Assembly: GCA_965199495.1 (NCBI GenBank)
Contig: CBDASK010000003.1
Coordinates: 3,584,001-3,648,000, forward strand
Direction: 5' to 3'
Length of the DNA stretch: 64,000 bases
Source of the DNA: Abditibacterium sp.
GTDB taxonomy: Bacteria > Armatimonadota > Abditibacteriia > Abditibacteriales > Abditibacteriaceae
The notes beneath the pieces are model-generated. The model ran no database searches. It was not told where the DNA came from and saw nothing but the letters and a program-made list of their open reading frames with translations. The translations under genes and the position numbers were made by a program. This document shows positions 10,086 through 20,228 of the stretch, in pieces. Positions within the stretch are counted from its first letter, which is position 1; every line of letters starts with the position of its first letter.

Positions 10086-11906
10086 TTAACTTTGCGCCTC
10101 CAACTCAAACCAGAATTCGCTGCCCTGACCCGCCTCGCTCTTAACTTGAATTTCGCCGCCGTGCGCGCCGACAATCGTCCGCGAAATCGGCAAACCTAAC
10201 CCCGCGCCGCCGCCCGTGGCGCCTGGCACTTGCACGAAACGCTCGAATATTCGATCCAAGAACTCGGCGGGAATGCCCCCGCCTTCGTCTTTGACGCGGA
10301 ATACGACTTTGCCCGCCTCAACGTCCTGTGCCTCGACGATAACGGTTCCTTCGTTGGGCGAATGGCGCACGGCATTATTAAGTAAATTCAGCAAAACGCG
10401 CCCGATTTGCACGCGGTCGGCGCGCACGAGCGGTAAATCGGCGCGTGAAAACGTTTGGATTTGCACGCCCTTGCCGCGAGCAGCCACGGCGACATCGTGA
10501 GCGGCGTTATCAATTAATTCGCGCGGCGCGATCCACTCGAAACGCGGCGGATTGGCGCCCGCTTCCATGCGCGTCAAATCCAATAAATCGCGCAATAGAG
10601 CGTCGAGGCGCAGCAAGTCTTCGCGTTGCGCCCGCACAACTTCCATTTGATCGGCTGTGAGTTCTCCAACCGCGCCTTCTTCCAATAATTGCGCGCTCAG
10701 CAAGAGCGAAGTCACCGGCGTGCGCAGTTCGTGCGAGGCGACGCCGATGAATTCGGTTTTCATGCGGTCGAGCGACTGCAAATGTGTCACGTCTTCCAGC
10801 ACAGCGGTGGCGCCCAAAACTGTTTCATCGTCAATCATTGGCGTGGCGCGCAGACGATAAATGCGTTGCGTATCGCCGCTCTCGATTGTCACCAATCCTG
10901 CGGCGCCTTCTTCGGCGGAGGTTTCGCGTGAGACGATGGCGCGCTCGATAGCGCCCACGATTTTCGGTTGGTCTACTGCTTTAGCGAGCGGCATTCCGGC
11001 CAATTTCGACTCCGGCCCGAATAAGCCCTGCGCGGCTTTGTTCAAATGAACGAGGGTGCGCGTCGCATCGGTGACTAAGACGGGATCGAAGAGATTTTCG
11101 AGCGCGGCGTCGGACATTTTCTGCGCGCGATGCAGACGCAAATCCTGATCGCGTTTGGCTTCGCGCAGTTTGGCGACCATATCGTTGAAGGTACGCGCCA
11201 ATAGTCCGATTTCGTCGTCGCGCCGCAGTTCGATAGTGCGATTGAGATGTCCCGCGCCGACCTGTTCGGCTTCCATCGCGAGCGCCATCAGTGGCGTCAA
11301 AGCCAGATTGACGGCGCGGCGCGCGAACCAGATCGCCAAGCCGAGCGCCACGAGCGTGAACAGCGCGCCCAGCCACGCCGCCTGACGCGCATCGCGTTTG
11401 GCGCGCGCGTCGGCGCGCAGAATCGCGTTTTGGTTCAAGTCCAAAATCCGCTGGGCGCGCGCTTTGTTGGCGCGAAACAATGGCTCCAGTTCGGCGAAGT
11501 AGAACGCGCTGCCATTTTTCTTGTCGCCACGAAGCAGCGCCTCCGTTTGATTGCGATAACGTTCGTAACCGCGCGCCAGTTCGTCGGCGGTTTCGCGTTC
11601 GTCGGCCTCGGTAATATTGGCGCGCTCAGCCTTGAGCGCGCCCTGAAAAATCGGCGTATTGCGCTCGAACTGCGCGCGCGCCTTTTCTCTTTGCCCGGCC
11701 AGATAAAACGTGGCGGCGCTATCCTGCCGTTCGAGCGCTTCTTTCATGGTTTGGGCGACAACGACGCTCTGGTAGTTGTCGCGAAAGATGCGATCAATGC
11801 TGTTGCCCAGCCGCAGGAAATTGACGACCGCGCCCGCCATCATCAGCGCCATCAGCGCGACGAGCGCGAGGTGCGAGCCGAATAATTGGGTGCGCAGAGA
11901 TTTCAT
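10086..11906 (-). CDS. Sensor histidine kinase (2 TM, helical sensor, HAMP, PAS-like, HisKA, HATPase)
   Basis: DEIGLLARTFN (HAMP), ASHELRTP H-box, NLLNNAVRH, DEGGGIP, GAGLGLPI. Confidence 0.93.
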   Translation of the reverse strand: MKSLRTQLFGSHLALVALMALMMAGAVVNFLRLGNSIDRIFRDNYQSVVVAQTMKEALERQDSAATFYLAGQREKARAQFERNTPIFQGALKAERANITEADERETADELARGYERYRNQTEALLRGDKKNGSAFYFAELEPLFRANKARAQRILDLNQNAILRADARAKRDARQAAWLGALFTLVALGLAIWFARRAVNLALTPLMALAMEAEQVGAGHLNRTIELRRDDEIGLLARTFNDMVAKLREAKRDQDLRLHRAQKMSDAALENLFDPVLVTDATRTLVHLNKAAQGLFGPESKLAGMPLAKAVDQPKIVGAIERAIVSRETSAEEGAAGLVTIESGDTQRIYRLRATPMIDDETVLGATAVLEDVTHLQSLDRMKTEFIGVASHELRTPVTSLLLSAQLLEEGAVGELTADQMEVVRAQREDLLRLDALLRDLLDLTRMEAGANPPRFEWIAPRELIDNAAHDVAVAARGKGVQIQTFSRADLPLVRADRVQIGRVLLNLLNNAVRHSPNEGTVIVEAQDVEAGKVVFRVKDEGGGIPAEFLDRIFERFVQVPGATGGGAGLGLPISRTIVGAHGGEIQVKSEAGQGSEFWFELEAQS

Positions 11907-11949
11907 TCTGGTGTGGAGTTTGGTTGTTGTCGCTTGACGCGTTTTGCGT

Positions 11950-12079
11950 GCCCCGTAGAGACACCGACCGGGTGCCCTCTGGGCGGATATCTAAACGTTC
12001 GATTTGCCTCTTCGTTGAAGCAATTTAGACATTTTTAGACATCCGCCCAGAGGGCACCCGGTCGGTGTCTCTACAGGGC
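11950..12079. repeat. GTAG-type REP doublet (REPIN-like), family A
   Basis: GTAGAGACACCGACCGGGTGCCCTCTGGGCGGAT ... ATCCGCCCAGAGGGCACCCGGTCGGTGTCTCTAC. Confidence 0.85.
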
Positions 12080-12114
12080 GTTCGGAAATTATTACCAATG
12101 GCGCCCAATAAATA

Positions 12115-12711
12115 TTATTTTGCGCCGTCCAAAGCCAGATTCAATTCCAGCACATTTACGCCCGCTTCGCCCAAAACGCCCAATCCGCGCGCTTGCGTAT
12201 TCGCCGCGATTAACGCGCGCACTTTGCTTTCGTCCAAACCGCGCGCCTTAGCCACGCGTGGCGCTTGAAGCGCGGCGTTTGCGGGCGAAATCTGCGGGTC
12301 TAAACCCGACGCGCTACGCGTAACGGCATCAACCGGCACGTTGGCGTTGGCGACCAAACTATTTTCGCGGCGATACTTTGCCGCCAACTGTTTCACGCCG
12401 TCGAATGAGCCATCTTTGGCGCCATTGATGAGCTTGTCGGAAGTCGGGCCGAGGTTGGTGCCGCCCGACGTGGCTGCATCGTAGCCCTCGCCCGCCGCGC
12501 TGGGGCGCGGGTGGAAATATTGCGGCGCGCTAAAGTTTTGACCGATCAAGCGCGAGCCGACAATTTTGCCGTCGCGCTGAATCAGCGAGCCGTCGGCCTG
12601 ATTGGGCATGGCGACTTGCGCGATGGCAGTGACGATGGCCGGAAATACGAGGCCAAAAAGTAAGGTGAACGCCAGCACGGAAACGAGGGCGGGACGGAGA
12701 AGTTTGAGCAT
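12115..12711 (-). CDS. kdpC: Potassium-transporting ATPase subunit C
   Basis: GSRLIGQNF, YFHPRPSA, SASGLDP and VNVLELNLALD motifs. Confidence 0.96.
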   Translation of the reverse strand: MLKLLRPALVSVLAFTLLFGLVFPAIVTAIAQVAMPNQADGSLIQRDGKIVGSRLIGQNFSAPQYFHPRPSAAGEGYDAATSGGTNLGPTSDKLINGAKDGSFDGVKQLAAKYRRENSLVANANVPVDAVTRSASGLDPQISPANAALQAPRVAKARGLDESKVRALIAANTQARGLGVLGEAGVNVLELNLALDGAK

Positions 12712-12740
12712 GGGAGTTTGTGAATTGAGATTTGCAATCC

Positions 12741-12836
12741 AATGTAGGGACATGGCCTGCCATGTCCGAAACGTAACGGTCGCGCTTTGTGGGAGCGATT
12801 ATCACGCGTGGACATGGCAGGCCATGTCCCTACATT
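12741..12836. repeat. GTAG-type REP doublet, family A
   Basis: AATGTAGGGACATGGCCTGCCATGTCC ... GGACATGGCAGGCCATGTCCCTACATT. Confidence 0.85.
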
Positions 12837-12842
12837 TTGGGA

Positions 12843-14897
12843 TTACGCCAAATGGAACAACACCAACATCTTATCGAGTAACAAAATGCACGGAAACGGC
12901 ACCAGCAAACCGCCCAATCCGTAGATCAGCAAGTTGCGTTGCAGCGTTTTAGCGGCGCTCATCGGCTTGTAGGGCACGCCTTTGAGCGCGAGGGGAATTA
13001 GCGCGACGATAATTAGCGCATTAAAAATAACCGCCGCCAAAATCGCACTGCGCGCGTTGGTCAGGCCGATGAAGTTGAGCGCCTGAAGTTGCGGGAATGT
13101 CGCCACGAACATCGCCGGGATGATGGCGAAATATTTCGCCACATCGTTGGCAATCGAAAAAGTCGTCAAGGCGCCGCGCGTCATCAGCAAGCCTTTGCCG
13201 ATGCCGACGACTTCGATGAGTTTGGTCGGATCGCTGTCCAAATCCACCATGTTGCCAGCTTCTTTGGCGGCCTGCGTGCCCGTGTTCATCGCGACGCCAA
13301 CGTCGGCTTGCGCGAGGGCGGGCGCGTCGTTGGTTCCGTCGCCGGTCATGGCGACCAGTTTGCCGTCGGCCTGTTCTTTTTTGATCAGCTCCATCTTGTC
13401 TTCCGGCGTGGCTTGCGCCAGAAAATCGTCAACGCCCGCCTCGGCGGCGATAGATTTCGCCGTCAACGGGTTGTCGCCCGTAATCATCACGGTGCGGATG
13501 CCCATCGCGCGCATCTCATCGAAGCGCTCGCGCATTCCAGTTTTTACCACGTCTTTCAGATAAATCACGCCCAAAACGCGGTTGCCGCTCGCCACGCCCA
13601 ACGGCGTGCCGCCGACCTGCGAAATGCGCGTGACCTGCGCGTCAAATTCGGGCGGCACGCTGCCCCCATTGTTTTCGACCCATGCTTTCACCGAATCGCC
13701 CGCGCCCTTGCGCACGCTCGTTCCGCCATAATCCACGCCGCTCATGCGCGTTTGCGCGGTGAACTCGATCCACTCGGCGCCGGGAATCGAACTCTGCTCA
13801 CGGTCGCCCAAGCCGTATTTCTCGCGCGCCAAAACCAGAATCGAACGGCCTTCGGGCGTCTCGTCGGCCAGACTCGACAGTTGCGCGGCATCGGCGATTT
13901 CGCGTTCGGAGACGCCGGGCATCGCAGCGAACTCCGCCGCCTGCCGGTTGCCGTAGGTAATCGTGCCGGTTTTATCGAGCAAAAGCGTGTTGACATCGCC
14001 CGCCGCTTCGACGGCTTTGCCCGACATCGCCAAAACATTATGCTGCATCACGCGATCCATGCCCGCGATGCCGATGGCGCTCAAAAGTCCGCCAATCGTC
14101 GTCGGAATCAAGCAAACCAAAAGCGCCACCAAGACCGCAATCGTCGGAGCGACGCCTTGGCCCGCCGCGCGAACCGAATAGTTAGCGAACGGCAAGAGTG
14201 TGACGACGGCCAACAGAAACACGATAGTCAAACCCGACAGCAGAATCGAAAGCGCGATTTCGTTGGGCGTCTTCTGACGTTGCGCGCCCTCGACGAGCGA
14301 AATCATGCGATCCAGAAACGACTCGCCGGGGTTCTGCGTGATGCGAACCACGATGCGGTCACTGAGAACTTTGGTGCCGCCGGTCACGGCGCTGCGGTCG
14401 CCGCCCGATTCGCGGATGACGGGCGCTGATTCGCCGGTGATGGCCGACTCGTCCACAGCAGCCACGCCCTCAATAACCTCGCCATCGCCGGGAACGCCAT
14501 CGCCCACCTCGCAGACGACGATGTCGCCTTTGCGCAGTTCGGCGGCGGCCACGATTTCTTCTTTGCCGTCGGTCAAACGGCGCGCGTTCGATTGCGTTTT
14601 GGCTTTGCGCAGCGTATCAGCCTGCGCTTTTCCGCGCCCTTCGGCGATAGCTTCGGCGAAGTTGGCGAAGGTCACAGTGAACCACAGCCACAAAGCGATC
14701 TGACCAGTAAAGAGCGCGTCGCCGTGGCTGCTTAAATCGGCCACCCACAGGTAAGTCGTGACGACGGAGCCGACGTAAACCACGAACATCACGGGATTTT
14801 TGGCGACGGCGCGCGGGTCGAGTTTGCGAATCGCATCGCCCGCCGCGCGTTTAAGAATGGCGCCGTCGAGGAGCGAAGCGGAAGTTTTGTTGTTCAT
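12843..14897 (-). CDS. kdpB: Potassium-transporting ATPase subunit B
   Basis: [17 protein letters not shown] and MTGDGTND P-type ATPase motifs. Confidence 0.98.
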   Translation of the reverse strand: MNNKTSASLLDGAILKRAAGDAIRKLDPRAVAKNPVMFVVYVGSVVTTYLWVADLSSHGDALFTGQIALWLWFTVTFANFAEAIAEGRGKAQADTLRKAKTQSNARRLTDGKEEIVAAAELRKGDIVVCEVGDGVPGDGEVIEGVAAVDESAITGESAPVIRESGGDRSAVTGGTKVLSDRIVVRITQNPGESFLDRMISLVEGAQRQKTPNEIALSILLSGLTIVFLLAVVTLLPFANYSVRAAGQGVAPTIAVLVALLVCLIPTTIGGLLSAIGIAGMDRVMQHNVLAMSGKAVEAAGDVNTLLLDKTGTITYGNRQAAEFAAMPGVSEREIADAAQLSSLADETPEGRSILVLAREKYGLGDREQSSIPGAEWIEFTAQTRMSGVDYGGTSVRKGAGDSVKAWVENNGGSVPPEFDAQVTRISQVGGTPLGVASGNRVLGVIYLKDVVKTGMRERFDEMRAMGIRTVMITGDNPLTAKSIAAEAGVDDFLAQATPEDKMELIKKEQADGKLVAMTGDGTNDAPALAQADVGVAMNTGTQAAKEAGNMVDLDSDPTKLIEVVGIGKGLLMTRGALTTFSIANDVAKYFAIIPAMFVATFPQLQALNFIGLTNARSAILAAVIFNALIIVALIPLALKGVPYKPMSAAKTLQRNLLIYGLGGLLVPFPCILLLDKMLVLFHLA

Positions 14898-14920
14898 TTG
14901 CGTATTATGAGTTGCAGTTG

Positions 14921-15024
14921 CCCCGTAGAGACGATGATTTATCACGTCTAAAACGTCAGGTTCTCTTTAAACGTAACGGCAACCCTTATGTTTTAGGCAC
15001 GATAAATCATCGTCTCTACAGGGG
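14921..15024. repeat. GTAG-type REP doublet, family A
   Basis: CCCCGTAGAGACGATGATTTATC ... GATAAATCATCGTCTCTACAGGGG. Confidence 0.85.
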
Positions 15025-15028
15025 TAAA

Positions 15029-16771
15029 TTAAAATGTTTTGCCTGCGCCCATCAGGAAGTGTTCGACGATTGGCCCCAGCGCCAAAACGGGAAAGTAAGT
15101 CAGCGCGCCGACGATGATTATCACGCCGCACAAGACCGCTACGAAAGTTCCGGTATCGGTCGGAAAAGTGCCGAGAGTCACCGGCGAAAACCTCTTGCGC
15201 GCCAGACTTCCGGCGATGGCCAACAGCGGGATAATCATCAGAAAGCGCCCGATGAGCATGGCGATTCCCATCGTCACGTTGTAAAACGGCGTGTTGGCGC
15301 TAAAGCCCGCGAAGGCCGAGCCATTGTTACCCGTTGCGCTGGTGAAAGCGTAGAGGATTTCGCTCAGGCCGTGTGGCCCGGTGTTGTTGACGTTGTTGAA
15401 AGTCGCGCCGTAAGCGCCGTTCAGCCCGCCGACCGGCAAGTTCAAGTTGGCGCCCAGCGCCGAAAAGCCCAGAATCGAAGCGGCTAGCACTAAAACGGCG
15501 AGCATCGCCATCTTGACTTCTTTGGCCTCGATCTTCTTGCCGATATATTCGGGCGTGCGCCCGACCATCAAGCCCGCGATGAAGACGGCGAGAATCGCGA
15601 ACATCAACATTCCGTAGAGTCCCGCGCCAACACCGCCGAAAATCACTTCGCCCGACAGCATATTGAGCAGCGGCACCAATCCGCCAATCGGTGTGAACGA
15701 ATCGTGCATCGCGTTGACGGCGCCGCAACTCGCGCCCGTCGTAATCGTGGCGAACAAAGCGGAATCGGCGATGCCGAATCGAGTTTCTTTGCCTTCCATG
15801 TTGCCGCCCGGCACGTTCAAACTGTGCATCAGCGGATTGCCAACGGCTTCGGCGTGGTAGCAGACGAAGGCACCGATTGTAAACAGCGCGAACATCGCGC
15901 CTAAAAGTGCCCAGCCTTGTTTGGTGTTGCCGACCATTACACCAAAGGTGTAAGTCAGCGCGGCGGGAATCAGGAAAATCGACAGCATCTGCACCATGTT
16001 GGAAAGCGGCGTCGGGTTTTCGTAGGGATGCGCGGAGTTGGCGTTGAAAAAGCCGCCGCCATTCGTGCCCAGCATTTTGATCGCTTCCTGCGAAGCGACT
16101 GGCCCTTGCGCGATGGTCTGTTTGGCGCCTTCTAAAGTTGTAACGTTGGTGTAGGCATTGAAGTTCTGCGGCACGCCCTGCGCGACCAAAACCAGCGCGT
16201 AGACCAGACAAATCGGCGCCAAAATATAAAGCAACGAGCGCGTGCAATCCACCCAGAACGAGCCGATGCCCGAACTTTCGCGGCGCGCGATGCCGCGCAC
16301 CAGACCGATACCCACCGCCATACCCGCCGCCGCGCTCATCCAATTGTGGATGGAAAGCGCGACCATTTGCGAGAAATAACTCATCGTCGTCTCGCCGCCG
16401 TAGGCTTGCCAGTTGGTGTTGGTGGTGAACGAAGCCGCCGTGTTGAACGCCAGATCGGGCGTCATTTGGGTGGCGCCGAAATGCTGCGGGTTGAAGGGCA
16501 AAAATCCCTGCAATCGCAGCAAAGAATAGGACAATAGCAGGCCCGCGACGCTAAAGGCGAGCAGTGAAAACGCGTATTGCTGCCACGTTTGGTCGTCGGC
16601 GTGGCTGATGCCGAAGGCGCGATAAAGGCCGTTTTCGAGCGGCGACAGAACCGGCGATAAAAAGGTGCGCTCACCCTGATAAACGCGGGCCATGTAGGCG
16701 CCCAGCGGTTTGACGGTGAGCAAAAGTAAGCCGCAAAACAGTAGGATTTGGAAAATTCCGTTGGTTGTCAT
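15029..16771 (-). CDS. kdpA: Potassium-transporting ATPase subunit A
   Basis: [19 protein letters not shown] and GNNGSAF filter motifs. Confidence 0.98.
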   Translation of the reverse strand: MTTNGIFQILLFCGLLLLTVKPLGAYMARVYQGERTFLSPVLSPLENGLYRAFGISHADDQTWQQYAFSLLAFSVAGLLLSYSLLRLQGFLPFNPQHFGATQMTPDLAFNTAASFTTNTNWQAYGGETTMSYFSQMVALSIHNWMSAAAGMAVGIGLVRGIARRESSGIGSFWVDCTRSLLYILAPICLVYALVLVAQGVPQNFNAYTNVTTLEGAKQTIAQGPVASQEAIKMLGTNGGGFFNANSAHPYENPTPLSNMVQMLSIFLIPAALTYTFGVMVGNTKQGWALLGAMFALFTIGAFVCYHAEAVGNPLMHSLNVPGGNMEGKETRFGIADSALFATITTGASCGAVNAMHDSFTPIGGLVPLLNMLSGEVIFGGVGAGLYGMLMFAILAVFIAGLMVGRTPEYIGKKIEAKEVKMAMLAVLVLAASILGFSALGANLNLPVGGLNGAYGATFNNVNNTGPHGLSEILYAFTSATGNNGSAFAGFSANTPFYNVTMGIAMLIGRFLMIIPLLAIAGSLARKRFSPVTLGTFPTDTGTFVAVLCGVIIIVGALTYFPVLALGPIVEHFLMGAGKTF

Positions 16772-16777
16772 GGCGGT

Positions 16778-16864
16778 TTAGAAGTTCTCCGGTTTAAGCA
16801 GGGCATAGAGCAGGTAGCCAAGCAGGGCGAACGAAAGGATCGCCATTAAAATGAGGTTGAACAT
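16778..16864 (-). CDS. kdpF: K+-transporting ATPase subunit F (28 aa; not in the ORF track)
   Basis: Manual translation MFNLILMAILSFALLGYLLYALLKPENF; YL.YAL..PE.F signature; immediately upstream of kdpA. Confidence 0.92.
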   Translation of the reverse strand: MFNLILMAILSFALLGYLLYALLKPENF

Positions 16865-16877
16865 GAGAATTTTCGAT

Positions 16878-16968
16878 GCCCCGTAGAGACACCGACTTGT
16901 CGTGTCTAAACGTTAATTTGTAGTCAATCTAACGTTTTAGACACGACAAGCCGGTGTCTCTACGGGGC
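16878..16968. repeat. GTAG-type REP doublet, family A
   Basis: GCCCCGTAGAGACACCGACTTGTCGTGTCTAAA ... TTTAGACACGACAAGCCGGTGTCTCTACGGGGC. Confidence 0.88.
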
Positions 16969-16973
16969 GTAAT

Positions 16974-17057
16974 TTAGGCACCATCGCAGAAGCGAACGTA
17001 GAGCGCCATCGCGCCAAAACAAAGCAACGCGAGCGCGGTGTAAAGCAGATCGAGCAT
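16974..17057 (-). CDS. Small hydrophobic kdp-associated peptide (27 aa)
   Basis: MLDLLYTALALLCFGAMALYVRFCDGA; GAGGAG RBS; start overlaps the upstream stop (TGATG). Confidence 0.7.
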   Translation of the reverse strand: MLDLLYTALALLCFGAMALYVRFCDGA

Positions 17058-17194
17058 CAGTTCCAATTCTCCTCGCCCTCGGCGTGGCTGGTGCGCGCGG
17101 CATACTCGCGTTGCGCTTTCGTCGGGTGCGTGTAGAGCCAAAACAGGCTCCCAAATGAAGCGGCGACAATCGCCACATCGTGCAAAATATCCAT
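17057..17194 (-). CDS. Small single-TM peptide (45 aa), first ORF after the kdp leader
   Basis: MDILHDVAIVAASFGSLFWLYTHPTKAQREY...; GGAG RBS at 17201-17204; coupled to the next ORF. Confidence 0.6.
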   Translation of the reverse strand: MDILHDVAIVAASFGSLFWLYTHPTKAQREYAARTSHAEGEENWN

Positions 17195-17237
17195 AGTTGT
17201 CTCCGCGAACAACGCGATTTTCCAAAAACTCGCCGGG

Positions 17238-17325
17238 CAAACAAAAAGGGAGGCCGAAAAGCGCGTGTTCCTGAACAGAAAATTAAAATCTGTCGGTGGA
17301 AACGCTGCTTTTCGGCCTCCCTTTT
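17238..17325 (-). terminator. Leader (attenuator-type) intrinsic terminator upstream of the kdp operon
   Basis: Minus strand AAAAGGGAGGCCGAAAAGC ... GCTTTTCGGCCTCCCTTTTTGTTT. Confidence 0.75.
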
Positions 17326-17432
17326 GACGGGCCACGAATTGTCAAATGATCTCAATTCGTGGCCCTTCCAAACGGCAACCGTTAAAGTTGAAGCTTCGTG
17401 TTATTCAGTTGGCGCGCCGCTTTGGGCGCGAC
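17238..17432 (-). promoter_or_regulatory. Putative structured cis-regulatory leader RNA
   Basis: Successive hairpins near 17411-17430, at 17371-17383 (AACGG-TTG-CCGTT) and at 17329-17365 (13-bp perfect stem), then the terminator. Confidence 0.55.
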
Positions 17433-17439
17433 TTCATTT

Positions 17440-17469
17440 AGCATAGACCAAATTGGATTTGGCGCGCAA
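17440..17469 (-). promoter_or_regulatory. Candidate sigma70 promoter for the kdp leader
   Basis: TTGCGC-18 nt-TATGCT on the minus strand. Confidence 0.4.
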
Positions 17470-17477
17470 GTGGGCGA

Positions 17478-17855
17478 TTACTTCTTATTGGCGAATTGCT
17501 TCTCCAAGTTTTTCTCAAGCGCATAAACTTCGATTTGTTCGGCGGCTTCGACGTTCAAATCGCAATACGAGCGCGCGACGATACAGCCGCACAAATCGCC
17601 GATGACAGTTTCGATTTCGTCGTGATTAATCGAGCGCAGTTCTTGGCGCGCGCTCTTGATGAGCTTGCGCCCTTCGTCGGACGCCGACAAATGCGCTTCG
17701 ATGGGCGTGAAAATCTGCGAGCAACGCACGAGAATCATATCGCCGACCAAAAAGGCGCGCACCTCGCCGGGGCCGCGCCCCTGTTGCTCGCGATGAAATC
17801 GCGTGATGGCAGCAGCCACGTCGGCTTCGAGCGCGCCTTTGCTGGGGAAACTCAT
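17478..17855 (-). CDS. DUF2294 / MpsC-family protein
   Basis: SKGALEADVAAAITRF...GRGP.EVRAFLVGDMILVR...TPIE...EGRKLIKSAR pattern. Confidence 0.88.
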   Translation of the reverse strand: MSFPSKGALEADVAAAITRFHREQQGRGPGEVRAFLVGDMILVRCSQIFTPIEAHLSASDEGRKLIKSARQELRSINHDEIETVIGDLCGCIVARSYCDLNVEAAEQIEVYALEKNLEKQFANKK

Positions 17856-17898
17856 CCGCCTAAGTTAAGCGTAAACCGTTCGTGCGCTCTCACCAGAT

Positions 17899-18495
17899 TT
17901 ACGAAGATTTGGGCAATGCAATATCGCACGCGTCGGCGGGCATCCAATGTTTCTCTTTGCCGTCCCATTTCACGTTGCAACCGATGGGATTAGTGAGCGG
18001 CGTTTCGACTTCGCGGTTTTCCAACAACGCATCAACGGCATCGCGCAATTCGTGCGTGGTTTCGCTGCCGGGATTGCGCGGATTGTCATCCATGCGACCG
18101 GTGTAGCGCAGTTTGCGATCGGCGTCGAAAACATAAAAATGTGGCGTGCGCAACGCGCCATAAGCGCGAGCCACGTCCTGCGATTCGTCGCGCAGATAGG
18201 GAAATTGAAAGCCGCGTTCCTGAACGCGCGCTTTCATGTGTTCAAAACTGTCGTCGGCGTAGGTGTTTTGCGAATTCGAGTTAATCGCGACGTAAGCCAC
18301 GCCTTTGTCGTGATAATCGCGAGTGAAATCTAACACGCGTTGCTCGGAATTAATCACATACGGACAATGATTGCAGGTAAAGGCGATGACGAGAATGGGC
18401 GCGTCACGGAAATTTTCGAGCGAGTAGGTTTGGCCGTTGGTGGCGGGCAGGGAAAAATTGGGGGCGGAGTCGCCGATTTGTAGGGTAAATGCCAT
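17899..18495 (-). CDS. Thioredoxin-like (AhpC/TSA) family protein
   Basis: [27 protein letters not shown] and IGCNVKW motifs. Confidence 0.92.
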   Translation of the reverse strand: MAFTLQIGDSAPNFSLPATNGQTYSLENFRDAPILVIAFTCNHCPYVINSEQRVLDFTRDYHDKGVAYVAINSNSQNTYADDSFEHMKARVQERGFQFPYLRDESQDVARAYGALRTPHFYVFDADRKLRYTGRMDDNPRNPGSETTHELRDAVDALLENREVETPLTNPIGCNVKWDGKEKHWMPADACDIALPKSS

Positions 18496-18572
18496 TGGTA
18501 AAATCCTGTTGGTGCTTTGCCGGGAAAGCGGTAGATTGAATGAGGGCGCCAAATGCGCGCCAAACTTATTCG

Positions 18573-19457
18573 ATGAAAATTTTAGTCACAGGTGCCGCCG
18601 GAAGAGTCGGTTCTTTTGTCGCGCGCGATCTGCTCGAAGCCGGGCACAGCGTGCGCATTTTCGATCAAACCGCGCCCGCCGCCGATTTGCGCGAAAAGTG
18701 CGAAGTCGTTTATGGCGACATCACCGACCGTTTGGCGTTGCTGCGCGCGTGCGAGGGCATCGAAGCCATCGCGCATCTGGCGGCGATTCCCGATCCGATG
18801 GGCCGCAACGCAATTGAACTGTTCGCGCCCAACGTTCTGGGCACACAACTGGTTTTGGACGCCGCGCAGGCCCACGACATCAAGCGCGTGGCTTTGGCGT
18901 CGAGTATCTCGATTTATGGTTTCGCCTTTCAAAAAAGTGGCGATTTGCAACCCGATTATCTGCCGATTGATGTCGCGCATCCGCTTCCGATTGAAGATGT
19001 TTACGCGCTTTCCAAACAATGCAACGAGCTGACGGCGCAGATGTATTCGCGGCGCGACGGCATGGCGACGACTTGTTTGCGTCTGGCGTGGGTCGTTGAT
19101 TTGGAAAAACCCAATCGTTGGATGCGGCGGCGCATCGAAAATGCCGCCGATTTCAAAGATAACGGATTTTGGAGTTACATTGACGTGCGCGATGCGGCGC
19201 GCGCGTTTCGGTTGGCGCTGGAACGGGTCGAAACTGGCCATCACGTTTTGCTGCTGACGGCGCGCGATCTGTTGGCCGAAACGCAGCCACGCGCACTGAT
19301 AGAGCGGCACTTTCCCGCGCTGTTGCCTTCGATGGATGGCGATTTCGACTTCGCGCGCTACGGGTTTTGGGATACGCGCCGCGCCACCGAATTGTTGGGC
19401 TGGGAATCGAAGTTTCACTGGCGCGAAGCGTTGGACGCCCAAAGCGAGCAAACTTAA
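18573..19457 (+). CDS. NAD-dependent epimerase/dehydratase family protein
   Basis: [14 protein letters not shown] and YALSK motifs. Confidence 0.92.
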   Translation: MKILVTGAAGRVGSFVARDLLEAGHSVRIFDQTAPAADLREKCEVVYGDITDRLALLRACEGIEAIAHLAAIPDPMGRNAIELFAPNVLGTQLVLDAAQAHDIKRVALASSISIYGFAFQKSGDLQPDYLPIDVAHPLPIEDVYALSKQCNELTAQMYSRRDGMATTCLRLAWVVDLEKPNRWMRRRIENAADFKDNGFWSYIDVRDAARAFRLALERVETGHHVLLLTARDLLAETQPRALIERHFPALLPSMDGDFDFARYGFWDTRRATELLGWESKFHWREALDAQSEQT

Positions 19458-19461
19458 GTTT

Positions 19462-20193
19462 ATGCTGCTGAATTTCTTCGCCTCCGATTGGCATACCAAC
19501 TACGATTTGCTGCGCGTCAAAGACGCCTTTATCGAAACCATTGACCCCAAACGCGAAGTCGAAATCGTGATAATGCACGGCTGGCACTCGCTTTACACGC
19601 CGATGATCGGGTTGGAAAACGCTCTGCGCGAACGCATTCCCAACGCGCGTTTGTGGCGCACGACCTACGATTCGCACTGGAAAACGTTCGGCCAGAGCGC
19701 GCGCCAGATTCGCGATTTGTTGCGCGAACAAAACGTCAAAGAGCGGGACACGTTGCTCATCGGATACAGCATGGGCGGCGTGGTTTGTCGTTCGATGATT
19801 CAAAACGGTTTCGAGGCGCGCGGCGTTTTGAGCTTGTGTTCGCCGCATCTGGGCGCGGCACCGTGGATGCCTGCGGGCGATGTCGGCAGCTTTTCCATCG
19901 CACCGTGGAGCCGCAAATTGGCGCGTCTTAACAACAGCAAGCGCGACATCGAGCGGCGCAACGATTATTTTTTTCAGGCGATTACCTTTACCGACGCTTC
20001 GGGTTATTGCCGTCACGACCGCATCGTGGCGCAGCGTAGCGCGTTGGCTTACGGTCTGGAGGGCGATTTCCAAACGCACACGACCAAGTTGAATTACGAA
20101 GGTATCGCGCCCGATTGCCAGCCGCACATTCAGGGTATGAACCCGGCGCGGTTGGACGTGGCGCTGGAATGGGCGCAAGAAAAATTGGCTTGA
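19462..20193 (+). CDS. Alpha/beta hydrolase (lipase/esterase-like)
   Basis: IMHGW, GYSMGG nucleophile elbow, SPHLG. Confidence 0.85.
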   Translation: MLLNFFASDWHTNYDLLRVKDAFIETIDPKREVEIVIMHGWHSLYTPMIGLENALRERIPNARLWRTTYDSHWKTFGQSARQIRDLLREQNVKERDTLLIGYSMGGVVCRSMIQNGFEARGVLSLCSPHLGAAPWMPAGDVGSFSIAPWSRKLARLNNSKRDIERRNDYFFQAITFTDASGYCRHDRIVAQRSALAYGLEGDFQTHTTKLNYEGIAPDCQPHIQGMNPARLDVALEWAQEKLA

Positions 20194-20228
20194 AAGCAAT
20201 CGCTTAGTGAATTTTGTGGTTGAAAAAA

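Noticed and set aside
17238..17432. c-di-AMP (ydaO) riboswitch upstream of kdp
   Set aside because: Only CTGAAT resembles it; the GGGG tracts and CCCGAA...CAGCTAAC-type motifs are absent. cmscan would settle it.
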